Positions 37,104 to 46,365 of a stretch of DNA of 64,000 nt are shown here, in pieces. The stretch is taken from NCBI GenBank assembly GCA_012517475.1, contig JAAYUV010000077.1, forward strand, positions 3,800 to 67,799, written 5' to 3'. Both the position numbers and the translations under genes were made by a program. This DNA is from Peptococcaceae bacterium (GTDB taxonomy: Bacteria; Bacillota; Desulfitobacteriia; Desulfitobacteriales; Syntrophobotulaceae). The notes under the pieces were generated by a model that searched no databases, had not been told where the DNA came from, and was given only the letters and a program-made list of their open reading frames with translations. How positions within the stretch are numbered: the first letter of the stretch is position 1; each line of letters starts with the position of its first letter.

Positions 37104-37840
37104 TTTGGTTGCCCGTCCTTTTTTGCGAACTATATTTTCAGAATATGAGGACAGGCTTTCGAAGGTGAAGGCTTGTTCTTAAAAATTTGTCCCGGGCGTT
37201 TGGTATGAGTGATCTTGATTTCGATGGGCCAATATTTTCACCGGCGATGTCCAAAAACGGAACAAGGTTTATCTATATGCGCGGTCCCTTCAATTAAAAG
37301 ATAAAACTGCTGGAAGATAAGTAATTGATTCACTCTGCAGGAAACAGCCTGGCGTGCGGCGGATGGACAGGGCAGGGTACAGGAAAAACCCGCCGTATGG
37401 CAGGCAGGTTTCCGGGAAAAAGAACCGGATGAAAAGTAGGCGTCTAACCACAACCGATACAGCCTTTCTTGAATTTCTTGCCGCTGCCGCAGGGACAAGG
37501 GTCGTTTCTGCCAACCTTTGGGCTGAATTGGGGCTGGACGGCGGATTGCCCCTTGATCAGGAATTATTATCGCCCGGCGATGACGATATTGCCAGAATCC
37601 TCGGCAGTGTCATCAATTATATTGCCAATTTTGGCAGGCCGAAAAAAATCGTGGTCCGGGATGAAGAAATGGCGCATCTTCTCTCAGACCTATGCCGGAG
37701 AGTGGATATTAAAATAAAGATTCAAGGCCACCTTGAGGTTATCGACGCCTTCGCCGAAGAACTTGCGAATTTTTCTTGAATTATCGGCAAGACTTCATTC
37801 GATTTCCATATTGTGGTATAATCAATTTGGAGGTGCTCAT

Positions 37841-38164
37841 ATGGAAAAACGAATCCAAGACGAGTTGAACGTCCTTACGAAGATCATATTAGACACCGTT
37901 CCCGTTAAACAAATATTCCTGTTCGGATCATATGCCGGCGGTATTGTTCATGCCGAATCTGATCTGGATATTTATGTGGTAATCCCCGATAATGCAGAGA
38001 TTAGAGAAATTGATGCCATGAGATTGATTCGAAAGGCCATCCGGGATAAAAAAACAATCCCGGTTGATGTTATCGTCAGTAAAGAAAAGAAGTTTAACCT
38101 GCGTAAATTCTCTCCTACCATTGAGCGTCATGTTGTGCAAGAGGGAAGGGTGCTTTATGGATAA
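37841..38164 (+). CDS. nucleotidyltransferase-domain (MNT-type) antitoxin
   Basis: GGAGGTG SD. LFGSYAGG...SDLDIYVV is the GS-x(n)-DxD motif. An extended -10 (TGGTATAAT) sits at 37814-37822. Confidence 0.8.
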   Translation: MEKRIQDELNVLTKIILDTVPVKQIFLFGSYAGGIVHAESDLDIYVVIPDNAEIREIDAMRLIRKAIRDKKTIPVDVIVSKEKKFNLRKFSPTIERHVVQEGRVLYG

Positions 38165-38549
38165 CCGGGACCGTTCCCTGGAATGGCAAAGACTTGCCGA
38201 AATGGATTTAAGCAGTGCGGAGTATCTTCTGAATATGAACCCGTTGCCGGTAGAAATTATTTGTTTTCACTGTCAGCAATCTGCCGAAAAATATCTGAAA
38301 AGTTATCTTGTTTTACACAATGTTAACCCGCCAAAGATCCATGATTTAGATGAATTATGTAAACTATGCATGGAATTGTCTGCTGCCTTTAAAGATATTG
38401 CTGACCCGTGTTCCGATCTTACAGCTTTCGGTGTCCAACCGAGATATCCCATGGACTTGATGTTGGAAGAAAGGGATATGCATGAGGCTTTGACAAGTGC
38501 CAGGGTAATCCGGGAATTCATATTAAGTCTTCTTGGGTCAGTAAACTAA
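38157..38549 (+). CDS. HEPN-domain toxin partner of the MNT protein
   Basis: The ATG overlaps the MNT stop by 8 nt. WQRLAEMDLSSAEYLL...CQQSAEKYLKSYL...HDLDELC...PRYP is a HEPN-type helical pattern. Confidence 0.75.
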   Translation: MDNRDRSLEWQRLAEMDLSSAEYLLNMNPLPVEIICFHCQQSAEKYLKSYLVLHNVNPPKIHDLDELCKLCMELSAAFKDIADPCSDLTAFGVQPRYPMDLMLEERDMHEALTSARVIREFILSLLGSVN

Positions 38550-38972
38550 GTAAGGAATAGTGTAAATGGAATATAATGGTATTAACGAAATGAAATTACT
38601 TGTTTGATATTCGGATAGGTGTTCTCAAAATACTATCCGGAGTTCTATTTTATCCAATATCAATTTATTGTCCAGCTTGCCGGTTAGCATAAAATTTGTT
38701 GCGGGAAATAGGCGGCAGCTTGCTGATGATGAAGTGGAATTCGTCAAGCCTTCAGATGTGAATCTTCCATACGGGAAAATTTCTGAATTTGAAGCATTTG
38801 CAAGCGCATGCAAATGCTTCGGTTATTGAAGGAAACAGCCTCGGGTGCTGCAGTTAAAAGCTGTGGTACTGAGCGCAAGGGAAAAGGCTGTACAAAACAG
38901 TCAAGTATCTTTGATTTTGTTTCAGCACGTGAGAAGAACTCAGACGCCTGAGATTTGCTGATAAGAAAAGAG

Positions 38973-39019
38973 ACAGCACAAGGGCGGCCGCCGGCCGCCC
39001 TTGTGTGAATCTATCTTAT
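38973..39019. terminator. GC-rich palindromic terminator element, copy 1
   Basis: ACAGCACAAGGGCGGCC-GCC-GGCCGCCCTTGTGTG followed by AATCTATCTTA. It lies 58 nt downstream of the minus-strand DUF2922 gene. Confidence 0.55.
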
Positions 39020-39076
39020 CCATTTATTTTAACGCAATCTTTTAAACCGTACCCCCTCCTTCGTTTCCCTTAATAA

Positions 39077-39316
39077 CTAGGCGACGGGCGGATCGTACAG
39101 ATCGTCCGTCGTTGTTTCTATTATCTTGATATCTCTTTTTCGGATCAGATCGCCGGCAGAAGTCGTAAACATATTTTTGGCGATGATCATATCCATCACC
39201 GCTTCAACTTCAGCAGCGGTCAGATTTTCCCTGGGTTCGGGGATCGAGATGCTGAACGCGGTTCCTCCTCCTGTTGCGAAAACCATTCGAAGAATCTTAT
39301 TAGTGGAAGTGGCCAT
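39077..39316 (-). CDS. DUF2922-family small protein
   Basis: 79 aa. ILRMVFATGGGTAFSISIPEPRENLTAAEVEAVMDMII is typical of DUF2922, which is paired with DUF1659 in Firmicutes. Confidence 0.65.
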   Translation of the reverse strand: MATSTNKILRMVFATGGGTAFSISIPEPRENLTAAEVEAVMDMIIAKNMFTTSAGDLIRKRDIKIIETTTDDLYDPPVA

Positions 39317-39354
39317 ACTTTTACCTCCTTGTTCTCCTTCATTTTCGAAGCCGG

Positions 39355-39579
39355 TTATTCATTAATCAGCTCAAAATTGTTTTCCCGGTGCATTTCCACC
39401 AGCGGGTATTGCCCCAGGCCGGATAAAGCCGCTGCCACTTCGTAGACGTCCTGATCTGTGGCAGTTTGTTTAATTCCGGTCAGGCTTTTCTGCCGGAGAA
39501 TAGGGGATCCGCCCGTCGTTACTCCGGTCTGATAGCGGATAACTAAAACGGATTCCAACGGTGTTGCCGTTACCGGCAT
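39355..39579 (-). CDS. DUF1659-family small protein
   Basis: 74 aa from the internal ATG with an AAAGGAGA SD (the ORF track extends to 39762). LVIRYQTGVTTGGSPILRQKSLTGIK...AAALSGL. Confidence 0.65.
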   Translation of the reverse strand: MPVTATPLESVLVIRYQTGVTTGGSPILRQKSLTGIKQTATDQDVYEVAAALSGLGQYPLVEMHRENNFELINE

Positions 39580-39835
39580 AGGTTTATCTCCTTTCATAAT
39601 CTGACCTGTTATTATTTGGGAGGAGCTTGTCCCCTCATTATTATATGAAAATTGAGGTAAGGGGGATAATTGCCGAAAATAAAAAAGAGGCCCTTGTAGA
39701 GCCAAGAGAGGAATTGGAAAACTCCTCTTGAAATATAACTTCGAACAGAAAGGGAATACCAATGCGGATGGTTATCCCATAATAGATTTTAGAAATGCCT
39801 GTTAAGGTTAAACAAGAATTGTGAGGGAACATCAC

Positions 39836-40252
39836 ATGAAACATTATCGTAAAGAACTTTGGTTTGAAACAAAAAGACGGCGGGAATTCATCAATATTAC
39901 GCCTCTGGTCAAAAAATGTCTGGAGGAAAGCGGCATCCGGGAAGGACTGCTGCTCTGCAACACCATGCATATCACAGCCAGTGTCTTCATTAATGATGAT
40001 GAAGGCGGACTGCATCAGGACTTCGAAACCTGGCTGGAAGGACTTGCTCCCGAGAAGCCATATGATCGCTACAGGCACAATGGGTATGAGGATAATGCCG
40101 ATGCCCATCTGAAACGGTCCGTGATGGGCAGGGAAGTAGTCGTGGCGATTACAGAAGGCAAACTGGACTTTGGCCCTTGGGAGCAAATTTTTTACGGAGA
40201 ATTTGACGGTGGCCGCCGTAAACGGGTATTGGTAAAGATTATTGGGGAATGA
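39836..40252 (+). CDS. YjbQ/UPF0047-family protein (secondary thiamine-phosphate synthase-like)
   Basis: EFINITPLV...[26 protein letters not shown]...[13 protein letters not shown]...[16 protein letters not shown]. Confidence 0.85.
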   Translation: MKHYRKELWFETKRRREFINITPLVKKCLEESGIREGLLLCNTMHITASVFINDDEGGLHQDFETWLEGLAPEKPYDRYRHNGYEDNADAHLKRSVMGREVVVAITEGKLDFGPWEQIFYGEFDGGRRKRVLVKIIGE

Positions 40253-40312
40253 TCACGGTGTTTTTTTGATTAAAACTAATTTAGTAAGCGATATGAATGT
40301 GGAATTTTTTGG

Positions 40313-40342
40313 TTGATTTTAGAACATATGTTCTTTTATAAT
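40313..40342 (+). promoter_or_regulatory. promoter with a palindromic LexA (SOS) box between -35 and -10
   Basis: TTGATT-TT-AGAACATATGTTCT-TT-TATAAT. The box (40321-40334) is a perfect GAAC-ATAT-GTTC. Confidence 0.55.
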
Positions 40343-40374
40343 TGGATATAGATATATTGTAGTGGGGGTGTAAT

Positions 40375-41382
40375 ATGAATTCTGATAATGATTATTCAGA
40401 TATTTTGATATATCAAACAGAAGATGGGAAAACAAAGATAGAGGTTAAGATGGAGGATGATACTGTTTGGCTTAATCAAGCTCAAATGTCGGAGTTGTTT
40501 CAGACTACAAAGCAAAATGTCAGTTTACATATTAACAATTGTTTTAACGAAGGTGAACTTGATAAGAATGCAGTTGTCAAGGAATACTTGACAACTGCAT
40601 CGGATGGAAAATCATATAGAACAAACTATTATAACCTTGATGTAATAATTTCCGTTGGTTACCGGGTTAAATCGCACCGGGGCACACAGTTTAGAATCTG
40701 GGCCACGCAACGCCTCAAAGAATACCTGATCAAAGGTTTTACTATGAATGACGACCTGCTCAAACGTTCGGGCGGGGGCAATTATTTTCAAGAACTCTTG
40801 GAACGGATCCGTGATATCCGTTCCAGCGAAAAAGTATTTTACAGGCAAATATTGGATATCTATGCAACCAGTATTGATTATCATCCTGAAGCTGAAATAA
40901 CCCAGCAGTTTTTTAAGACAGTTCAAAATAAAATGCATTTTGCTGCTCATGGACATACCGCTGCAGAACTTATTTATTTAAGGGCAAACTCTGAAGAATC
41001 TTTTATGGGCATGACCGCATTTGAAGGGGTAAAGCCCAAAAAATCAGATACCACTGTCGCTAAGAATTATTTGAGAGAAGACGAAATAAAGATTCTAAAC
41101 AGGCTTGTTTCCGCCTATCTCGAATTTGCGGAGCTGCAGGCAATTCGACAAAGACCAATGTACATGAAGGACTGGATCATCAAGTTAGACGATTTTATCA
41201 GAATGAGCGGCAGTGAACTTTTGCAAAATGCAGGTAAAATAAGTCATGAAGAAGCCAAGATAAAAGCGGAGCTTGAATATGAAAAATACAGAGAAAAAAC
41301 TAAGGATGAGTTATCCAAAGTCGAGAAGGATTTTTTAGAAAGTATTAAAGGGACACAGAAAAAACTGGAAGGAAAAAGTTGA
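40375..41382 (+). CDS. RhuM-family protein
   Basis: ILIYQTEDGKTKIEVKMEDDTVWLNQAQMSELFQ and YYNLDVIISVGYRVKSHRGTQFRIWATQ are typical RhuM blocks. Confidence 0.75.
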   Translation: MNSDNDYSDILIYQTEDGKTKIEVKMEDDTVWLNQAQMSELFQTTKQNVSLHINNCFNEGELDKNAVVKEYLTTASDGKSYRTNYYNLDVIISVGYRVKSHRGTQFRIWATQRLKEYLIKGFTMNDDLLKRSGGGNYFQELLERIRDIRSSEKVFYRQILDIYATSIDYHPEAEITQQFFKTVQNKMHFAAHGHTAAELIYLRANSEESFMGMTAFEGVKPKKSDTTVAKNYLREDEIKILNRLVSAYLEFAELQAIRQRPMYMKDWIIKLDDFIRMSGSELLQNAGKISHEEAKIKAELEYEKYREKTKDELSKVEKDFLESIKGTQKKLEGKS

Positions 41383-41440
41383 ACGAAATATTTGTGATAA
41401 GGGGATGATTTAACATTTATCGTCAAGTAGGGGATAAGGT

Positions 41441-41490
41441 ACAGCATAAGGGCGGCCATCTGGCCGCCCTTATGCTGTAATCTATCTTAA
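41441..41490. terminator. GC-rich palindromic terminator element, copy 2
   Basis: ACAGCATAAGGGCGGCCA-TC-TGGCCGCCCTTATGCTGT followed by AATCTATCTTA. It lies between convergent genes. Confidence 0.6.
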
Positions 41491-41494
41491 AAGA

Positions 41495-42115
41495 CTATAG
41501 GTCAGAACCGGCGGCGGAAGAAGCGGCAAGTAATTGATTCATTTCCTGCAGGATGCTGTTCATCTGGTTAAGCAGGTCATAGCGGTCAGTCTGTATGGAA
41601 GCTATTTCAGCAAAGGCCGTGTCCATGGCGGCATAATCCTGTTGCTTGATCAAGTCTTTGTATTCCTCTTTAATAGCTTTGATCCGGCCTTTTGTCTCTT
41701 TTAAGGAGTTCGCGAGTTGAGCGATCTGCTCATTGTACGCTTTTAACTGGGCAGTGGTTTCTTCGGGGAGGGATGCGCCGCTGTCCTTCAATGCTTTTAA
41801 TTTTTGGGCCAAACTTAAGCGCAGTTGCGTATTTTGCTCGGTAACGCTGATGTTATTTTCACGATTTCCAAGCACATCCAGCCTGTGTTCCGCCAAATCC
41901 AGTTTGAACCCTTCGAATTCCTCTTTCTTGGTAGTCAGCTTGGACTGTTTCTCCTGGTTGTGGGCTTTGATTTCTTCAATCTTCTGCTGTCTTTCCTGCA
42001 ATTTTGCAATCCGGTTGTCTAATTTGCTCCCATCTCCCGTAGTGGCGGCAAATACCGAAGTGCTCATAACAAGGGTTAAAATTCCGGCGATGACGGGTAC
42101 CATCATTTTTTTCAT
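41495..42115 (-). CDS. secreted coiled-coil protein (hypothetical)
   Basis: Internal ATG with an AAAGAGG SD. Signal peptide: MKKMMVPVIAGILTLVMSTSVFA. The rest is heptad-rich. Confidence 0.55.
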   Translation of the reverse strand: MKKMMVPVIAGILTLVMSTSVFAATTGDGSKLDNRIAKLQERQQKIEEIKAHNQEKQSKLTTKKEEFEGFKLDLAEHRLDVLGNRENNISVTEQNTQLRLSLAQKLKALKDSGASLPEETTAQLKAYNEQIAQLANSLKETKGRIKAIKEEYKDLIKQQDYAAMDTAFAEIASIQTDRYDLLNQMNSILQEMNQLLAASSAAGSDL

Positions 42116-42298
42116 TTGCAAAACCTCTTTCCTATCATAGTTTTTCATGAATAAACCTTTATGGATTAGGGGGTCACCTCCTGGCTCTATCTTAACGCAG
42201 TCCGTTTGTGCAAAACAAAGGTCAAACTGTGGCAAAACTGCGGCAATTCTTTTTATCTGAAAAGAAATCGGCTACAATAGGGTCAAGGATGTGATGCG

Positions 42299-42778
42299 AT
42301 GCAAAAATCAATTTACATTGCCGACGATGATCAAAATATCCGTGATTTGATTTTTATGTATTTGACCAATGAAGGCTTTGAGGTAAAATCTTTTGGGAGT
42401 GGGGATGACCTCCTGACGGCGTTTTTACAGAAGCCTGCGGACTTGGTTATTCTCGACATCATGATGCCGGGGACCGACGGGCTGACGGTATGCACCCAGA
42501 TTCGCAACCGCAGTAATACGCTGATTATTATTGTGTCCGCAAGGGACAGTGAAATCGACCGGATCACGGGGATTACCCTGGGCTCGGATGATTACATCAC
42601 GAAACCTTTTTCACCCATGGAACTGGTGGCCCGGGTCAAAGCATTGTTCCGCAGGCTGGAACTGGATACGGACGATGTGGTCAAACGCCTGCGCAAAAAG
42701 CTTGCCGCCTCTGATGCGAGTATCAGGATTGAGTCCGTATGGGGATTCGGATTCAAGCTGGGTGAAGGGGGAGAATAA
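42299..42778 (+). CDS. OmpR-family response regulator with most of the winged-helix output domain deleted in frame
   Basis: The receiver domain is intact (ADDDQ, LVILDIMMPG, SARD, KPF). Only DVVKRLRKKL...IRIESVWGFGFKL of the wHTH remains. It is 159 aa versus about 225-235 aa for the family. Confidence 0.7.
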   Translation: MQKSIYIADDDQNIRDLIFMYLTNEGFEVKSFGSGDDLLTAFLQKPADLVILDIMMPGTDGLTVCTQIRNRSNTLIIIVSARDSEIDRITGITLGSDDYITKPFSPMELVARVKALFRRLELDTDDVVKRLRKKLAASDASIRIESVWGFGFKLGEGGE

Positions 42779-42781
42779 GCT

Positions 42782-44182
42782 GTGAAACCGATCAACCGTA
42801 TCATTGTGACGCCCTTTATCATCCTGATCATGGTATTTCCACTCATCACCCTGTTGTTCTTCAATCTCTCGGTTGACTATTATTTAGATAAAAATGCCAA
42901 GACTGAACTTAAAGGGGTAGTGAAGACCATGGAGAGCGTCGTGAAAAAAGAACTGCCCGGCAATCTCCGCAACACGACTGCTGCAAACTTAGCGGCTCCT
43001 TTTGCCAATCTGTACAGAGCCTTGCAAACATCTAAACTTGCAGTGAATACCGAGATGCTTTTCTACACCAGAAATAAGGAACTGCTCAATATACGCGGGG
43101 ATAAGGACAGTTTTATCAATAACCAATTAATAACGCGAATGACTGAGATGCTTCCTTCGATGCAGGACAACAAGGTATATACCATCCGCATCGGTACAGA
43201 TAAATATTTCGTACTATCCTATCCGCTCACTGATGCCGGGGGACCGGCTGTCGTTTTTGTATCTTCTGCGGATAAGGAGATCGCTTTAGTCCATTTTATC
43301 AATCTCATCTTAACCGGCATTATGCTCCTGGGGGCCCTGCTGGCGATATGGCTGGCCCGCCGCTTATCTGTCAGGATTACCCGCCCTGTCAGCGAGCTCT
43401 GCAGGCTGACCCGGGACATCGGTTCGGGTGAGTTCCGGGTTCCGCTTCGGGGAACCGGCGATGATATTCTTGAACTGCACCGGTTGAACCAAAGTATTGG
43501 TGAAATGTCCGCTAAGCTCGAAGCCTATGATAAATCGCAAAAAGCATTCCTGCAGAAGGCTTCTCATGAGCTGAAAACTCCGCTGATGTCTATCCAGGGA
43601 TATGCGGAAGGGGTGATGAACGGGGTGCTTCCCGATGTAAAACATGCCGCCCAAGTCATTCACAGCGAAAGCAAACGACTGGGTACATTGGTTGAAGAAC
43701 TGCTGACTTTGTCACGTATTGAAAGCCAGACCTACAGCAAGGAACTCGCCCCGGTTGACCTGGAAAACATTCTAAAGGAATATATCCAGCGTCTCGGCGG
43801 CCTTGCCGCAAAACATGAGCGCAAACTTTTACTCACCCTCTCGGATAAACCGGTGTTCGTACTGGCGGATGATGCGCTTTTATCCCAGGCAGTGACCAAT
43901 ATCGTATCGAATTGCCTGCGTTACGCCAAAACCACGGTGAGCATCACTTTACTGGAAGAGGGAAATTCCGCAGTGATTCGCGTAGCGGATGATGGGGAAG
44001 GCATACCGAAACCGGACCTGCCCCATATTTTTGAAAGGTTTTATAAGGGTAAAGGAGGAAATTTCGGCCTCGGGTTAGCCATTGCCAAATCTGCTGTTGA
44101 ATTTATGGGCGGGAGCATACGGGCCGATAACGGTCAGGCAGGAGCCGTATTTATAATTACTTTGCCGAAGTATTCGGGATAA
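42782..44182 (+). CDS. sensor histidine kinase (two TM, HAMP, HisKA, HATPase_c)
   Basis: H-box: SHELKTPLMSIQGYAEG. N-box: NIVSNCLRYA. G-boxes: DDGEGI and GLGLAIAK. Confidence 0.85.
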   Translation: MKPINRIIVTPFIILIMVFPLITLLFFNLSVDYYLDKNAKTELKGVVKTMESVVKKELPGNLRNTTAANLAAPFANLYRALQTSKLAVNTEMLFYTRNKELLNIRGDKDSFINNQLITRMTEMLPSMQDNKVYTIRIGTDKYFVLSYPLTDAGGPAVVFVSSADKEIALVHFINLILTGIMLLGALLAIWLARRLSVRITRPVSELCRLTRDIGSGEFRVPLRGTGDDILELHRLNQSIGEMSAKLEAYDKSQKAFLQKASHELKTPLMSIQGYAEGVMNGVLPDVKHAAQVIHSESKRLGTLVEELLTLSRIESQTYSKELAPVDLENILKEYIQRLGGLAAKHERKLLLTLSDKPVFVLADDALLSQAVTNIVSNCLRYAKTTVSITLLEEGNSAVIRVADDGEGIPKPDLPHIFERFYKGKGGNFGLGLAIAKSAVEFMGGSIRADNGQAGAVFIITLPKYSG

Positions 44183-44301
44183 GTGATATGAGCGATTGTG
44201 GTTATCGTATCAAACAGCATGCTTGTGGAAATTTATCGAATATAATAAAATTAACTCGTTTCAAGAATATAGAAATTTAATGAAAACAACCGGAGAAAAA
44301 A

Positions 44302-45195
44302 ATGAACACGATTAACCTGCTGTCAGGTCCTGTCATTGGATCTTTAATTGGCTATGCAACAAATTATTTGGCCGTAAAAATGCTGTTTCGTCCATTACAT
44401 CCGATAAAAATCGGGAGTTTCAGACTGCCGTTTACGCCGGGTATTTTTCCGAAAAGAAAAGAACAATTGGCGAAAGCTTTGGGGAAAGCGGTTAGCAATA
44501 ACCTTCTGACCGGTGAAGATATCGGAAAACTGTTTCTGTCGGAAGCGATGAAAGGTAAAGTTGTGACCGAAATAACGGATTTATTATTCGCCGGTGAAGA
44601 ACATACCTTAAAAACACTACTGGCTGATCACTGCCGGAAAGAGGATTATCTTCGCGGCAAAGCACAGTTAGAAGAAGTCCTGTGTGAAAAAATCGTCTCC
44701 GGGATTGCCGGGTTGGATCTGGGGGAACTGATAGCCAGGGAAAGCAACCGGATTATTAAGGAAAAAACTGCGGGAACGATGCTTGCTCTCATGGCAAACG
44801 ATAAATTGATTGCTTCCGTAACGGTTCCAATGGCAGAAAAGCTGGAAGCTTATTTCAATGAGAATGGAATCGACATTGTAAGACCCGTCGTTAAAAATGA
44901 GATAGAAAAACTGGAAAACCGGCCGATCGGTGAACTCGTTCAGGATATCGGCCTGGATAAAGAACGGCTGTCAGGGCTGGTGGACAAGATTTATACCGGA
45001 TTCATCCGGTATAAAGTCGCGGGGTATATTATGCAGTTCGATATCGCGGGTATCGTCGAACAAAAAGTGAACGCCATGGATGTTCTGGAAATTGAAAATC
45101 TGGTACTATCCGTGATGAAAAGAGAATTAAATGCTATTGTTAACTTAGGCGCATTAATCGGCCTGTTGATCGGAGCGTTAAATATCTTTGTTTAA
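44302..45195 (+). CDS. DUF445-family membrane protein
   Basis: GSLIGYATNYLAVKMLFRPLHP N-terminal motif and a C-terminal TM helix. Confidence 0.7.
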   Translation: MNTINLLSGPVIGSLIGYATNYLAVKMLFRPLHPIKIGSFRLPFTPGIFPKRKEQLAKALGKAVSNNLLTGEDIGKLFLSEAMKGKVVTEITDLLFAGEEHTLKTLLADHCRKEDYLRGKAQLEEVLCEKIVSGIAGLDLGELIARESNRIIKEKTAGTMLALMANDKLIASVTVPMAEKLEAYFNENGIDIVRPVVKNEIEKLENRPIGELVQDIGLDKERLSGLVDKIYTGFIRYKVAGYIMQFDIAGIVEQKVNAMDVLEIENLVLSVMKRELNAIVNLGALIGLLIGALNIFV

Positions 45196-46154
45196 TCAGG
45201 CTTTGCTCAATCTTTTTTGCTTGGCAAAGAGGAGGGCGATTAAAACCAGTACGACGGCAAATCCGAGCTGGATCAGCATACTGTACAGAACCGGCAAGGT
45301 AGTGGCGGCATCAAATACGATACTGTTGCGGATGTCAATGACCGCTTTGCAGTACCAGTAGGACGGGGTAAATCTGGAGAAGCCAGGACGGTTTTACCCA
45401 ATAATTCCTGGGGAACAAATATACCGCCGATGAATTTTTTAAAAACCGAGCTGATGACCGCGCCATAGGATACCCCGACAATACTGCCGCACAGGCAGAC
45501 AAGGAGGACATAAAGAATTTGGCTGCCAAAATCTACTTGGAGGACGAGGTGTAAATATCCGATCAAGAGAAGCAGTGACAAGAACTGCAGGGTGACCGAC
45601 GCGCTGAGCGAATACATAAGGGTTTTTAATTTGGGCTGAGGGCTTAAATTCAAGCGGGCTCCCTGCGGGGACAGGTCCGCCTGGATATCCGAGATTTCTT
45701 TGCGCCCCCAAAATCCGCCGAACAAGGAGGCCATAGCGATCAGGGCATAAAAGGGGATTACCATTTGATTGGGCGCAGCCCGCCCGGGAGAATATTCCTG
45801 CAGGTAGGTTTTGCCGACGGGTATCGTCATAGGCGCAGGATTGGGTCCGCTTTGCCGAAGATTTTGCGCGATTAAGGTATAGGCCGAACTCGTTTGCAGG
45901 AAGCTGTCCATAAATTCTTTGAGTATGGTTTGTTCAATGCCGGAATCTCTGACCACGACTTTCGCCCCGGGATCGAAGAGGATATAGCCTTTGACTTCGT
46001 TATTTTGCAGAAGGTTTTCTGCTTTGTCCAGGCCGGCAACGGTCACATGGAACAACCTGGACCCGCCGGGTGACGCCGGTACAGCCTTAGCGGAGGGCAG
46101 ATCCGATACCGAGGCCAGCGCGGTCGCCCTTCTTCCCGAAGAAGAAAAGATCAT
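45196..46154 (-). pseudogene. ABC-2-type transporter permease, N-terminally truncated and frameshifted
   Basis: ORF 45273..46154 lacks the N-terminal TM and start. The true C-terminus (WYCKAVIDIRNSIVFDAATTLPVLYSMLIQLGFAVVLVLIALLFAKQKRLSKA*, stop at 45196-45198) is in another frame. Confidence 0.55.
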
Positions 46155-46365
46155 TGATCATATTTTCGGATCTTTATCAGCCCACCAACTTGAACTCATT
46201 ACCACAACGGATTTTGTGGCCAGGGACCTTTGCCAAAGGGGAACTCTATGTGCGGATCAAGATATTGTCGATGGTGTTAAGGTTTTAAAAGGGGAGAAAT
46301 TTTCACCGGAAAAAATATGCGAGGCGATTACTTTGTTAAAAGAAAATGGCTATCGTTGGGATTAA
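46131..46365 (+). pseudogene. C-terminal remnant of a second YwgA-like gene (paralogue of 35085..35320)
   Basis: LPEEEKIIDHIFGSLSAHQLELITTTDFVARDLC...LLKENGYRWD aligns with LPEDEKIIHEVLKIFASMPAHELELITTTDFVARELC...LLRGNGYRW. The 5' part of ORF 45991..46365 is antisense to the ABC permease. Confidence 0.6.

Noticed and set aside
39580-39835. A possible TPP riboswitch upstream of the YjbQ (thiamine-related) gene.
   Set aside because: I looked for the conserved CUGAGA / ACCUGAUCUGGAUAAUGCCAGCG-type elements and found none. Only a short AGAGGA/TCCTCT hairpin is present.
45991-46130. The 5' part of ORF 45991..46365 as a real protein N-terminus.
   Set aside because: This stretch is the antisense of the ABC-2 permease fragment. 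Only 46131-46365 shows homology, to the YwgA-like gene at 35085-35320.
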